A stretch of DNA of 26,725 bases from a virus. Taxonomy: Duplodnaviria; Caudoviricetes. The position numbers and the translations under genes are program-made. Numbering within the stretch: the first letter of the stretch is position 1; each line of letters opens with the position of its first letter. The DNA is taken from the IMG/VR virus record IMGVR_UViG_3300035703_004058, positions 1 through 26,725 of that record; one strand, given 5' to 3'. Below, one piece after another: positions 7,781-15,610 of this stretch. Under the pieces are notes generated by a model. It was not told the DNA's origin and ran no database searches. It was given only the letters and a program-made list of their open reading frames with translations.

Positions 7781-8747
7781 ACTGCCCACCATAACAAGCC
7801 TCACCCGCGAGGCCATCTTTGCAGGCTATGAGGCCGATGCCAGTGACGGGTTTCGCAGCCATCTTGGCGCGTCCCTCATTGGCAAGGAATGCGAGCGTGC
7901 GCTTTGGTACGACTTTCGATGGGTCACGCGCAGCAAGCACCCTGGTCGACTTTTGCGCTTGTTTGAAACCGGCCAACTGGAGGAAGCCCGAATGGTGCTG
8001 AACCTGCGGCGCACCGGTGCGACTGTGCTTGAAGTCGATCCAGAGACTGGTCGTCAGTTTCGGGTGCAGGCCCATGGCGGCCACTTTGGTGGATCGCTTG
8101 ATGGTGTAGCCATCAATTTACTTGAAGCACCCAAAGTCTGGCATGTGCTGGAGTTCAAGACGCACTCCAACAAGAGCTTTAGCGATCTGGTGGCAAAGAA
8201 GGTGCGCGAATCAAAACCGCAGCACTTTGCCCAGATGCAAATCTACATGCACCTGATGGGCATTACCCGAGCGATGTACTTGGCTGTGAACAAGGACACC
8301 GATGACCTGTATGTCGAACGCGTGGAGGCAGATGTCACTTATGCGGAACTTCTTCTGGAAAAAGCCCGGCGAATCATCTTCGCCCAAGCCCCACTGCCAC
8401 GCATCAGCGAGGAGCCCAGTTGGTATCAGTGCCGCATGTGTGACCACGCACCGGTTTGCCATGCAAACGGCAACAGCGTGGTGGCACCTGCGATCAATTG
8501 CCGTACTTGCTTGCACTCAACACCCATGGATGGTGGTTGGCATTGCGACCGGCATCAAAAACGCTTGACCGAAGTTGATCAGCGCACCGCTTGTGATCAG
8601 CACCTGTATCTGCCTCCACTTGTCCCTGCATCACAAGTTGATGCAGGCGAGGACTGGGTTGACTACGAATTTTCCAACGGAGTGCGCTGGCGCGATGCCG
8701 GTTTGAACAAGCACGCCGTCACATCGCATTTACCGCCCGCCAACTGA
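7773..8747 (+). CDS. PD-(D/E)XK Cas4/AddB-like exonuclease
   Basis: SD AAGGAGG. N-terminal Cys (KECERALW), GSLDG..LEFKT, QMQIYM, C-terminal CRMCDHAPVC (Fe-S ligand pattern) and an extra CRTC..C..C cluster. Confidence 0.85.
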   Translation: MAELPTITSLTREAIFAGYEADASDGFRSHLGASLIGKECERALWYDFRWVTRSKHPGRLLRLFETGQLEEARMVLNLRRTGATVLEVDPETGRQFRVQAHGGHFGGSLDGVAINLLEAPKVWHVLEFKTHSNKSFSDLVAKKVRESKPQHFAQMQIYMHLMGITRAMYLAVNKDTDDLYVERVEADVTYAELLLEKARRIIFAQAPLPRISEEPSWYQCRMCDHAPVCHANGNSVVAPAINCRTCLHSTPMDGGWHCDRHQKRLTEVDQRTACDQHLYLPPLVPASQVDAGEDWVDYEFSNGVRWRDAGLNKHAVTSHLPPAN

Positions 8748-8793
8748 ACCCGAAACCGCAAACCTAAACGCAATTGAAAAAGGAGTCCCTGTC

Positions 8794-10368
8794 ATGAGCT
8801 TTTCCCTTCGCCCATACCAGAGCGCTGCCATCCAAGGCATCTACAACTATTTCCAAGATGAGAGCGGCAACCCGCTGGTGGTGATTCCCACCGCTGGCGG
8901 CAAGTCCCTTGTCATGGCCACCTTTGTTGAAGGCGTGCTCAAAGCCTATCCAGATCAACGCATCTTGATCGTTACTCATGTGCGTGAGCTGATTGAACAG
9001 AACTTTGCCGAACTCAAAAAGCTTTGGCCGCAAGCCCCGGCAGGGATTTATTCAGCAGGACTTAAGAAGCGTGAGATCCGTGCGCAAATTTTGTTTGCTG
9101 GCATCCAGTCCATTCACAAGCGCGTGTATGACGTTCAGCAATGTGATCTGGTGCTGATTGATGAAGCACATCTCATCCCGCGTTCGTCAAACACGATGTA
9201 CCGGAAGTTTCTCGATGGCTTGAAGCGCCTGAACCCCGACCTCAAAGTCATTGGGTTGACGGCCACGCCATACCGCCTGGACTCTGGTTTATTGCATGAA
9301 GGCAATGAGGCCATCTTCACTGACATCGCCTACGAGGTATCGGTGCGCGAATTGATTGATGACCACTACCTCTCGCCACTGATCTCCAAGCGCATGGCAA
9401 CGCAAATTGACCTCACTGGTGTGGGCACGCGCGGCGGTGAGTTCATCCCGAAGGATCTGGAGGCGGCCATTGACCAGGATGCCATCACCCAAAGTGCGGT
9501 TGATGAAATCTTCTCCTACTCAGCCAATCGCAAAAGTTGGCTCATCTTCTGTGCTGGCGTTGACCACGCATACCACGTGCGTGATGCGGTGCGCAGCAGA
9601 GGAGTTACCTGCGAGACGATTGTTGGAGATACGCCAAGTGCGCAGCGCGAGGCCATCATCAACGACTTCAAGGCCGGTCGTATTCAGTGCCTGACCAATG
9701 CCAATGTTTTGACGACAGGTTTCAACGCGCCTGCGGTAGACCTGATTGCCATGCTTCGCCCGACCAAGTCGGCGGGTTTGTATGTGCAGATCGTGGGTCG
9801 TGGCTGCCGCCTTGCACCAGGCAAGACCGACTGCTTGGTGCTCGACTTCGCAGGGAACATTGCGCGCCACGGACCCATTGACGCTATTAAGCCCAAGACA
9901 CCCAAAGCGGGTGAAGATGGGGACGCCCCGACCAAAGCCTGTCCTGAGTGCAACAGCATCGTGCATGCAGCGGTACGCCAGTGTCCGGATTGCGGTCACA
10001 TGTTTCCTGAGCCACAAATCAAGATTGAGGCGAAGGCCAGCACTTTGGACATCTTGTCTGGTGGCCCACCCGAGTGGGTGCCAGTCACACGCGTGAGTTA
10101 TGCCCGGCATGACAAGACTGGCAAACCACCGTCACTTCGAGTTGATTACTGGAGTGGTCTGAGTTCCCATAGTGAGTGGGTTTGTATTGAGCACCAAGGC
10201 TATGCGCGCCAAAAAGCGGCCAGTTGGTGGGCGAATCGTGCGCCTGGCTTGCCACTTCCACGTGGCGTGGATGAGGCCTTGGCAGTTTCGCAACGTCTCA
10301 AATGCCCGTCTCAGATCGCAGTACGACCCAGCGGTCGATACACAGAAATCGTTGGCGCACGCTTTTGA
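8794..10368 (+). CDS. SF2 DEAH helicase with Zn finger (RadD/YejH-like)
   Basis: LRPYQ, PTAGGKS, IDEAH, GLTATP, LTTGFN, QIVGRGCR and CPEC...CPDC. Confidence 0.93.
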   Translation: MSFSLRPYQSAAIQGIYNYFQDESGNPLVVIPTAGGKSLVMATFVEGVLKAYPDQRILIVTHVRELIEQNFAELKKLWPQAPAGIYSAGLKKREIRAQILFAGIQSIHKRVYDVQQCDLVLIDEAHLIPRSSNTMYRKFLDGLKRLNPDLKVIGLTATPYRLDSGLLHEGNEAIFTDIAYEVSVRELIDDHYLSPLISKRMATQIDLTGVGTRGGEFIPKDLEAAIDQDAITQSAVDEIFSYSANRKSWLIFCAGVDHAYHVRDAVRSRGVTCETIVGDTPSAQREAIINDFKAGRIQCLTNANVLTTGFNAPAVDLIAMLRPTKSAGLYVQIVGRGCRLAPGKTDCLVLDFAGNIARHGPIDAIKPKTPKAGEDGDAPTKACPECNSIVHAAVRQCPDCGHMFPEPQIKIEAKASTLDILSGGPPEWVPVTRVSYARHDKTGKPPSLRVDYWSGLSSHSEWVCIEHQGYARQKAASWWANRAPGLPLPRGVDEALAVSQRLKCPSQIAVRPSGRYTEIVGARF

Positions 10369-10381
10369 GATGGGGACTTAA

Positions 10382-10705
10382 GTGTTGTGCGCTATTTGCA
10401 GGCGCGATGCCCGTGGCTATGGGTTCGCGCCTTGTTTGATCCGTATTGATGCGCCCAGCGTGAAGTTGTGTTCCCGGCGCTGTCAAAACATTGCAGCAAG
10501 GCTAAAAGGAATGATTGATCCAAACCAACATGAAACCAATGCTCTGGCAGTTGCCTGCCAGTCAGGTGGCAAGTACGTTGAGTCACTTGCCAAAACAGAC
10601 TTGGCCACCTTCACCGCAGTGGAGTGGTCAACCTTGATTGATGTGGTCGTGACCGCCTTTCAAGACTCACTTCGCACTGCCTATGCAGATGACCCACCAT
10701 TTTGA
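10382..10705 (+). CDS. DUF6511-like protein with N-terminal Cys motif
   Basis: GTG start; CAIC...CSRRC; C-terminal DDPPF; sits between helicase and primase. Confidence 0.7.
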   Translation: MLCAICRRDARGYGFAPCLIRIDAPSVKLCSRRCQNIAARLKGMIDPNQHETNALAVACQSGGKYVESLAKTDLATFTAVEWSTLIDVVVTAFQDSLRTAYADDPPF

Positions 10706-10713
10706 AGGAACGC

Positions 10714-13023
10714 ATGAATCCAAATAATTACATGGCCCATCTTGGGGCCACGCTCGTAGATCGCGGCTATGCCATTTTGCCGATCCAGCCTAGCACTAAG
10801 AAGCCGGGCATGTTTCGCCTGGGTGCCTGGCAAGACTATCCCAAGTGGAGCCGTCACTGTGAGCGCGACACGACTGAAAACGAAGTCGATATCTGGGGCG
10901 ACTGGCCCGAAGCTGGCATTGGTATTGCCGCAGGCAAGGTGATTGGCATCGACATTGATGTGCTGCAGTCCAAAGACATCGCGGTTCAGATTGAGGGCTT
11001 AGCTAAGCGGCTGCTGGGCGACACACCTGCAGTTCGTATCGGCAACGCCCCCAAGCGATTGCTGGTGTACCGTGCGGCCCAGCCCTTCAGTGGCTTTAAG
11101 TTCCCGCCGATTGAGGTCTTGGGTGTGGGGCAGCAGTTCATCGCCTATGGCATTCACCCGGATACCGGCAAGCCCTACGAGTGGCCCGTGCAAACCTTGG
11201 CCGACCTGAAAATCGAAGAACTGCCTGTCATCACCGAGGCACAGGCTCGAGAGTTTGCGCGCCAGGCGTACGAGATGGTCCCCGAATCTATGCGCCCCAA
11301 AAGTCTGGCTGTAGGTTTGAAGTCTCCAGAGGCGTTCGCCAATCTGCCCGAGCAACGCGGCACGTTCGAGGCAGTGCAAGACGCGCTTCAGTACATCCCC
11401 AACCAGGACCTGGACTACGACAGTTGGGTGCGCATTGGCATGGCCATCAAAGGTGCGCTTGCCGAGCAGGGGTGGCCGCTCTTTGAGTCCTGGTCTGCGT
11501 CGTCCAGTAAAAACGATGCCAAGACAACCGCTAAAAGTTGGGGGAGCTTTTCGCCTCAGCGCATTGGGGCGGGAACCATCTACAAGCTGGCGCTTGACAA
11601 CGGCTGGATTCCAGATGCTGATCTGCAGCTCAATGGTGAGATTGTGATGAACGGGCATCACCCGGCCAAGGAGATGCTGCAAACGCTGCAAACATCAAAC
11701 CCCATCACGATTGATGGATCAGGTGCACCGCCCGTGCTGCCACCACCCAAACCACTGCCGACGGGCTGGGACCAAGTTGGCGGCGTGATTGCCGACATGA
11801 TGTCACTCATGGCAACGACGGCAAAGCGTCCACAGCCTGTGCTGGCGCTCGGAGCGAGTTTGTGTGCCATCGGCGCGCTGATGGGGCGTAAGTACCGCAC
11901 CGAGAGCAACACGCGCTCGAACCTTTATGTCGTAGGTATCGCTGAGAGCGGCGCAGGCAAGAACCACAGCCGCGTGGTTATCAACGAGCTATTCCGCAAG
12001 GCCGGGTTGCTGCAATACCTGGGCGGCAACAAGATCGCATCGGGTTCCGGTCTTTTGACGGCCATCCAGCGTCAGCCCGCCATTCTTTTTCAGCTAGATG
12101 AGTTCGGTATGTTTTTGTCGGCAGCCGCTGACCGTAAACGCTCACCGCGCTACGTGTGTGAAATCCTGGACCTGATGACCGAGCTGTACACCACATCAGG
12201 CACGACTTACTTTGGCATTGAGTACGCAAGCAACCAACTCAACAACGCGCACCGTGCCATTCACCAGCCCTGCGCTTGCATCTACGGCACCACCACACCC
12301 TTGCACTTTTGGCAGGCGCTGCAGGCGTCGAATGTGGCCGACGGTTCATTGGCGCGCTTTCTGATTCTGGAGAGCGAGGACGATTTCCCCAATAGCAACG
12401 AACTTTTTGGCACGATAGATCCCCCGCAAGACCTCATCGACCGACTGCTGCTGATCCACCAGGGAGGTGGCCAGTTGAACGGCAACCTCACGGATGTGGG
12501 CGCGATTGATGAAGTGCTGGTGGATCCGCGTGTCGTTCCGATGACCGCGCAAGCGCGTGACGCGTTTCGCTTGCTTGACCACGAGTTGTTGACAAAGCTT
12601 CGCTTGTCGAGAGGCACCGGTTTTTCATCGATCTTGGCGCGCATTGAAGAGAACGCCACCAAATTGGCTCTCATTCGCGCTGTGTCGCGCGACGCGGTGA
12701 CACCGCAGATCGAGGACCACGACGCGCACTGGGGAATTGCGCTCTCGCGCCACTGTGCCGAGCTGACTATTCGAGAAGCAAGCGCGCGCGTTTCAGAAAA
12801 CCAAGTCGAGTCCAACCACAAGCGCGCTTTGCAAATCCTGCGTGATGGCGATGCCGCTGGCATGTCCAAGAGCGAGTTCACCCGGCGCACCCAGTTCATG
12901 GACCACCGCCAGCGGGACGGCGTACTGCGCACCTTGACGGATGCCCACCTGGTTGAGGTGTTCGCCAAGCCAACGGGCGGCAGGCCCAGCCAATGGGTCA
13001 AACTGGCTGACGCAGATGAGTAG
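10714..13023 (+). CDS. Bifunctional primase-polymerase / PriCT-2 / P-loop helicase (DUF3987-like)
   Basis: Prim-pol GIDID and AYGIHP; PriCT-2 LDYDSWVRIGMAIK; Walker A AESGAGKN; Walker B QLDEFG; C-terminal winged-helix-like region. Confidence 0.9.
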   Translation: MNPNNYMAHLGATLVDRGYAILPIQPSTKKPGMFRLGAWQDYPKWSRHCERDTTENEVDIWGDWPEAGIGIAAGKVIGIDIDVLQSKDIAVQIEGLAKRLLGDTPAVRIGNAPKRLLVYRAAQPFSGFKFPPIEVLGVGQQFIAYGIHPDTGKPYEWPVQTLADLKIEELPVITEAQAREFARQAYEMVPESMRPKSLAVGLKSPEAFANLPEQRGTFEAVQDALQYIPNQDLDYDSWVRIGMAIKGALAEQGWPLFESWSASSSKNDAKTTAKSWGSFSPQRIGAGTIYKLALDNGWIPDADLQLNGEIVMNGHHPAKEMLQTLQTSNPITIDGSGAPPVLPPPKPLPTGWDQVGGVIADMMSLMATTAKRPQPVLALGASLCAIGALMGRKYRTESNTRSNLYVVGIAESGAGKNHSRVVINELFRKAGLLQYLGGNKIASGSGLLTAIQRQPAILFQLDEFGMFLSAAADRKRSPRYVCEILDLMTELYTTSGTTYFGIEYASNQLNNAHRAIHQPCACIYGTTTPLHFWQALQASNVADGSLARFLILESEDDFPNSNELFGTIDPPQDLIDRLLLIHQGGGQLNGNLTDVGAIDEVLVDPRVVPMTAQARDAFRLLDHELLTKLRLSRGTGFSSILARIEENATKLALIRAVSRDAVTPQIEDHDAHWGIALSRHCAELTIREASARVSENQVESNHKRALQILRDGDAAGMSKSEFTRRTQFMDHRQRDGVLRTLTDAHLVEVFAKPTGGRPSQWVKLADADE

Positions 13024-13035
13024 ACGGTTCAATCA

Positions 13036-13303
13036 GACTCCACGTTTGAAAGATGAAGTATTGAAAGAAGCCCTCCCGGTGACTTCTTTCAATTACGACC
13101 TTCTTTCAATGGGGGTGCCTCTATATACAAATAAATATTCGGGTGCCCTATACACACAAAAAATCCCTCGCGCGCGCGAAAACGTGCGCTCTGGTGGGGT
13201 CAGAGGGGGTAGACAGAGAAATATGTATATAAATTGAAAGAAGAAGTATTGAAATAAGTACCTCCCAGACCCGGACTCCACCTTTGAAAGATGAAGTATT
13301 GAA
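13036..13303. repeat. Iteron-like repeat cluster, putative replication origin
   Basis: 30-bp direct repeat GACTCCACSTTTGAAAGATGAAGTATTGAA at 13036 and 13274 (29/30). TTGAAAGAWG-like units occur in both orientations around AT-rich tracts and a (CG)n palindrome. Confidence 0.8.
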
Positions 13304-13478
13304 GAAAGTCCCCCGTCACCTGATGATGACTTTTTGCCAGCCCTGATAACCGCATCCGATTGAACAAATCGGCAATGACAGACATGAGGGAGCCGCACCC
13401 GCCCTGACACGGCCTTGGTGCCAGCGCTCCTCCAGGTCGCACAAGAACCCTTGTACGAACCCTTGGAGGACATCCCTG

Positions 13479-14021
13479 ATGAATACCGAATCCACCCCGC
13501 GCCTTGTGATCCTCGCCCTGGACCTGGGCACCACTACCGGCTGGGCGCTGCGCTCGGCCAACGGCCCTGTAGCGCATGGCTTTGTGAGCTTCAAGTTCCA
13601 GCGCTTTGAGGGTGGCGGCATGCGCTACCTGCGCTTTGGCCGGTGGCTCGCTGACATGCTGACCTTGAATGCGCCAAAGACTTGCGCACAGCCCAATTTA
13701 ACGGGCATTGGAGCCGTTTACTTTGAAGAGGTGCGCCGTCACCTCGGCGTGGATGCCGCGCACGTCTACGGCGGCCTGCTGGCCACGCTGACCGCCTGGT
13801 GCGAGCACCACCAGATCCCGTATCAGGGCGTGCCCGTGGGCACCATCAAACGCCATGCCACCGGCAAGGGCAACGCGGGCAAGGCTGAGGTGATTGCTGC
13901 CATGAAGGCGTTGGGCCACCCGGTCACCGACGACAACGAAGCGGATGCGCTGGCACTCTTGCACTGGGCGCTGGCGCAGGGTGCGGATCCCACCTTGGGC
14001 AAGGAGGTGCGCCATGGCTAA
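13479..14021 (+). CDS. RuvC-like Holliday junction resolvase
   Basis: ILALDLGTTTGWA, VYFEEV, IKRHATGKGNAGK and DDNEADALAL form the catalytic pattern. SD GGAGGA. Confidence 0.88.
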   Translation: MNTESTPRLVILALDLGTTTGWALRSANGPVAHGFVSFKFQRFEGGGMRYLRFGRWLADMLTLNAPKTCAQPNLTGIGAVYFEEVRRHLGVDAAHVYGGLLATLTAWCEHHQIPYQGVPVGTIKRHATGKGNAGKAEVIAAMKALGHPVTDDNEADALALLHWALAQGADPTLGKEVRHG

Positions 14022-14535
14022 AAAGCAAGTTGCACAGCCACTGACCCATGGCGCTCTGGTGAGCCTGCCCGGTGGTCGGGTTGGTGAGTGGGTGAGCGAA
14101 GCAGAGGAAGGCACCAGCTTTCGCACCGAGCATTTCCGGACTGTCGACTCGCTCGGCCTTTTGATGCGCAATGGCGCGATCACGGCGCAGATGCACGACG
14201 CGGGTCAGGACTTCTCTCGCACATTTGTTTTTGCTCAGCTAAGTTCAGCGGGCTCGCCACCGCTTGATCGCATACCTGGTGGTCATTGGCAGGACACGAT
14301 GACTGAGCGCTGTGCCTGGGCTAGAAAGCGCCTGGGCGAGGCGCTTGATGCGGTGGGCGGTATTGGCAGTCCCGGCGGCTGTGCAGTCTGGCACGTGGCA
14401 GGTTTGGGTCAAAGCGTGAGGGAGTGGTCAGCCCAAGAGGGGTGGAATGGACGCACGCTCAACCAGTACGAGGCCAAGGGCATTTTGGTTGGCGCTTTGG
14501 GGGTGCTGGCTGTTCACTACGGGTACAGTCGTTAA
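14014..14535 (+). CDS. DUF6456-like protein (candidate late-gene regulator)
   Basis: SD AAGGAGG before ATG 14014. GSPGGCAVWHVAGLGQSVREW resembles a C-terminal HTH. Position matches lambdoid Q genes. Confidence 0.7.
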   Translation: MAKKQVAQPLTHGALVSLPGGRVGEWVSEAEEGTSFRTEHFRTVDSLGLLMRNGAITAQMHDAGQDFSRTFVFAQLSSAGSPPLDRIPGGHWQDTMTERCAWARKRLGEALDAVGGIGSPGGCAVWHVAGLGQSVREWSAQEGWNGRTLNQYEAKGILVGALGVLAVHYGYSR

Positions 14536-14542
14536 AAAACGC

Positions 14543-14571
14543 TTGTCAGGACGTTGTCCGGACGCTATGAT
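14543..14571 (+). promoter_or_regulatory. Sigma70 promoter and overlapping operator of the TA operon
   Basis: TTGTCA-17 bp-TATGAT. Tandem TTGTCMGGACG repeats (14543-14553, 14554-14564) overlap the -35 and spacer. Confidence 0.8.
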
Positions 14572-14599
14572 GGAGTGTCCATTTAGAAAAGGGGTCGCC

Positions 14600-14878
14600 A
14601 TGACCGCAGTCATTCATTCCAAATCTGAGCGCATCGATGTGCGAGCCAGCACGCCTGTGAAGCAATTGCTTCAGGAAGCGGCGCGCGTGGCGCACAAAAA
14701 TGTGAGCGAGTTTCTGCTTGACGCTGGCATCATCGCGGCCAATCAGACCTTGGCTGACCGCACCCGGTTTGAATTGAGCGATGAGAAGTGGTTGGCGTTT
14801 CAGGCTGCATTGGATCAGCCCGTGAGCGCCAAGCCCAAGCTCAAGAAGCTTTTGTCTGAGCCGGGGCTACTTGGTTGA
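14600..14878 (+). CDS. DUF1778 ribbon-helix-helix antitoxin
   Basis: KSERIDVRAS..VKQLLQEAA..VSEFLLDA..LSDEKWLAFQAALDQP..PKLKKLL; TTGA overlap with the toxin start. Confidence 0.92.
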   Translation: MTAVIHSKSERIDVRASTPVKQLLQEAARVAHKNVSEFLLDAGIIAANQTLADRTRFELSDEKWLAFQAALDQPVSAKPKLKKLLSEPGLLG

Positions 14879-15387
14879 GTTCGCAGGCTTACGAGCCAGT
14901 TCGCAAACTGGCCGGTTCGGACGCCGTTGAGTCCTTCGATTGTGGCCAGAGCGCACTGAATCAGTTTTTGCAGCGCTTTGCGCTCGTCAACCAAAAATCC
15001 AACAGTGCGCAAACCTACGTGAGCTGCCATTCGGGCTCGGTCGTTGGTTTTTACAGCTTGGCGGTTGGTAGCGTTGAGCCATCCAACGCGGCACCGCGTG
15101 TGACCAAAGGCATTCCACAGCACCCCGTGCCGGTGATGATTCTGGCCCGGCTTGCCGTGGATCTTCAGCACCAAGGCGCAGGGCTTGGCAAAGCACTGCT
15201 CAAAGATGCGCTGCTGCGCACTGCGCAGGCGGCGGACATTGCCGGAATTCGTGCACTGCTGGTGCATGCCAAGGACGAGCCTGCCAGGCAGTGGTATCTC
15301 AATTGGGAGTTTGAACCCAGCCCATCGGATCCGTTTCACCTGTTCCTTTTGATGAAGGACATCAAGGCCATGGTGAGCAAAGCCTGA
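14875..15387 (+). CDS. GNAT acetyltransferase toxin (AtaT/TacT/KacT-like)
   Basis: FDCG..LNQFL, VVGFYSL, LARLAVD..HQGAGLGKALL (acetyl-CoA motif) and LLVHAKDE. Confidence 0.92.
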   Translation: MSSQAYEPVRKLAGSDAVESFDCGQSALNQFLQRFALVNQKSNSAQTYVSCHSGSVVGFYSLAVGSVEPSNAAPRVTKGIPQHPVPVMILARLAVDLQHQGAGLGKALLKDALLRTAQAADIAGIRALLVHAKDEPARQWYLNWEFEPSPSDPFHLFLLMKDIKAMVSKA

Positions 15388-15436
15388 GTTAAAAGTTCAG
15401 AGAATTTGGCCGATTTATAAATCGCACGAAAACCAC

Positions 15437-15466
15437 TTGACGCGGTATATATCGAAGCGGTAGCAT
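15437..15466 (+). promoter_or_regulatory. Candidate sigma70 (late, pR'-like) promoter
   Basis: TTGACG-18 bp-TAGCAT. Confidence 0.5.
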
Positions 15467-15485
15467 TCTGCTAATCACTCAAATT

Positions 15486-15523
15486 ACGCCCACACGGTTC
15501 GCGCCTTGTGGGCGTTTTTATTT
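15486..15523 (+). terminator. Intrinsic terminator
   Basis: ACGCCCACA / TGTGGGCGT 9-bp stem followed by TTTTATTT. Confidence 0.75.
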
Positions 15524-15610
15524 GGGTCTTCACTTCCCCGCATCTAACGCGCTTGCAAATAACCTTCGTTGGTTGACCTGCTCGCCGCGCACTAACCCGA
15601 AAGCTTCCCT

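Noticed and set aside
7773-8747. CRISPR-associated cas4
   Set aside because: It sits in a phage recombination operon with no cas1/cas2 or array, so it is treated as a stand-alone Cas4-like exonuclease.
13036-13310. CRISPR array or solitary CRISPR repeat (units end in ATTGAAAG/ATTGAAAT, like many CRISPR repeats; a Cas4-like gene is nearby)
   Set aside because: Units occur in both orientations with irregular spacing and no uniform spacers. There is no internal repeat hairpin and no cas operon. An iteron origin explains the pattern better.
12941-13621. ORFs spanning the repeat region after the primase gene
   Set aside because: They read as low-complexity translations of the repeats, lack an RBS and overlap real genes.
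13321-14021. RNA-guided RuvC system (TGATGA/CTGA box C/D-like words upstream of a RuvC-fold gene)
   Set aside because: The 180-aa protein is a plain resolvase with no Nop, bridge-helix or Zn-finger RNA-binding extension. The short words do not form a periodic array.
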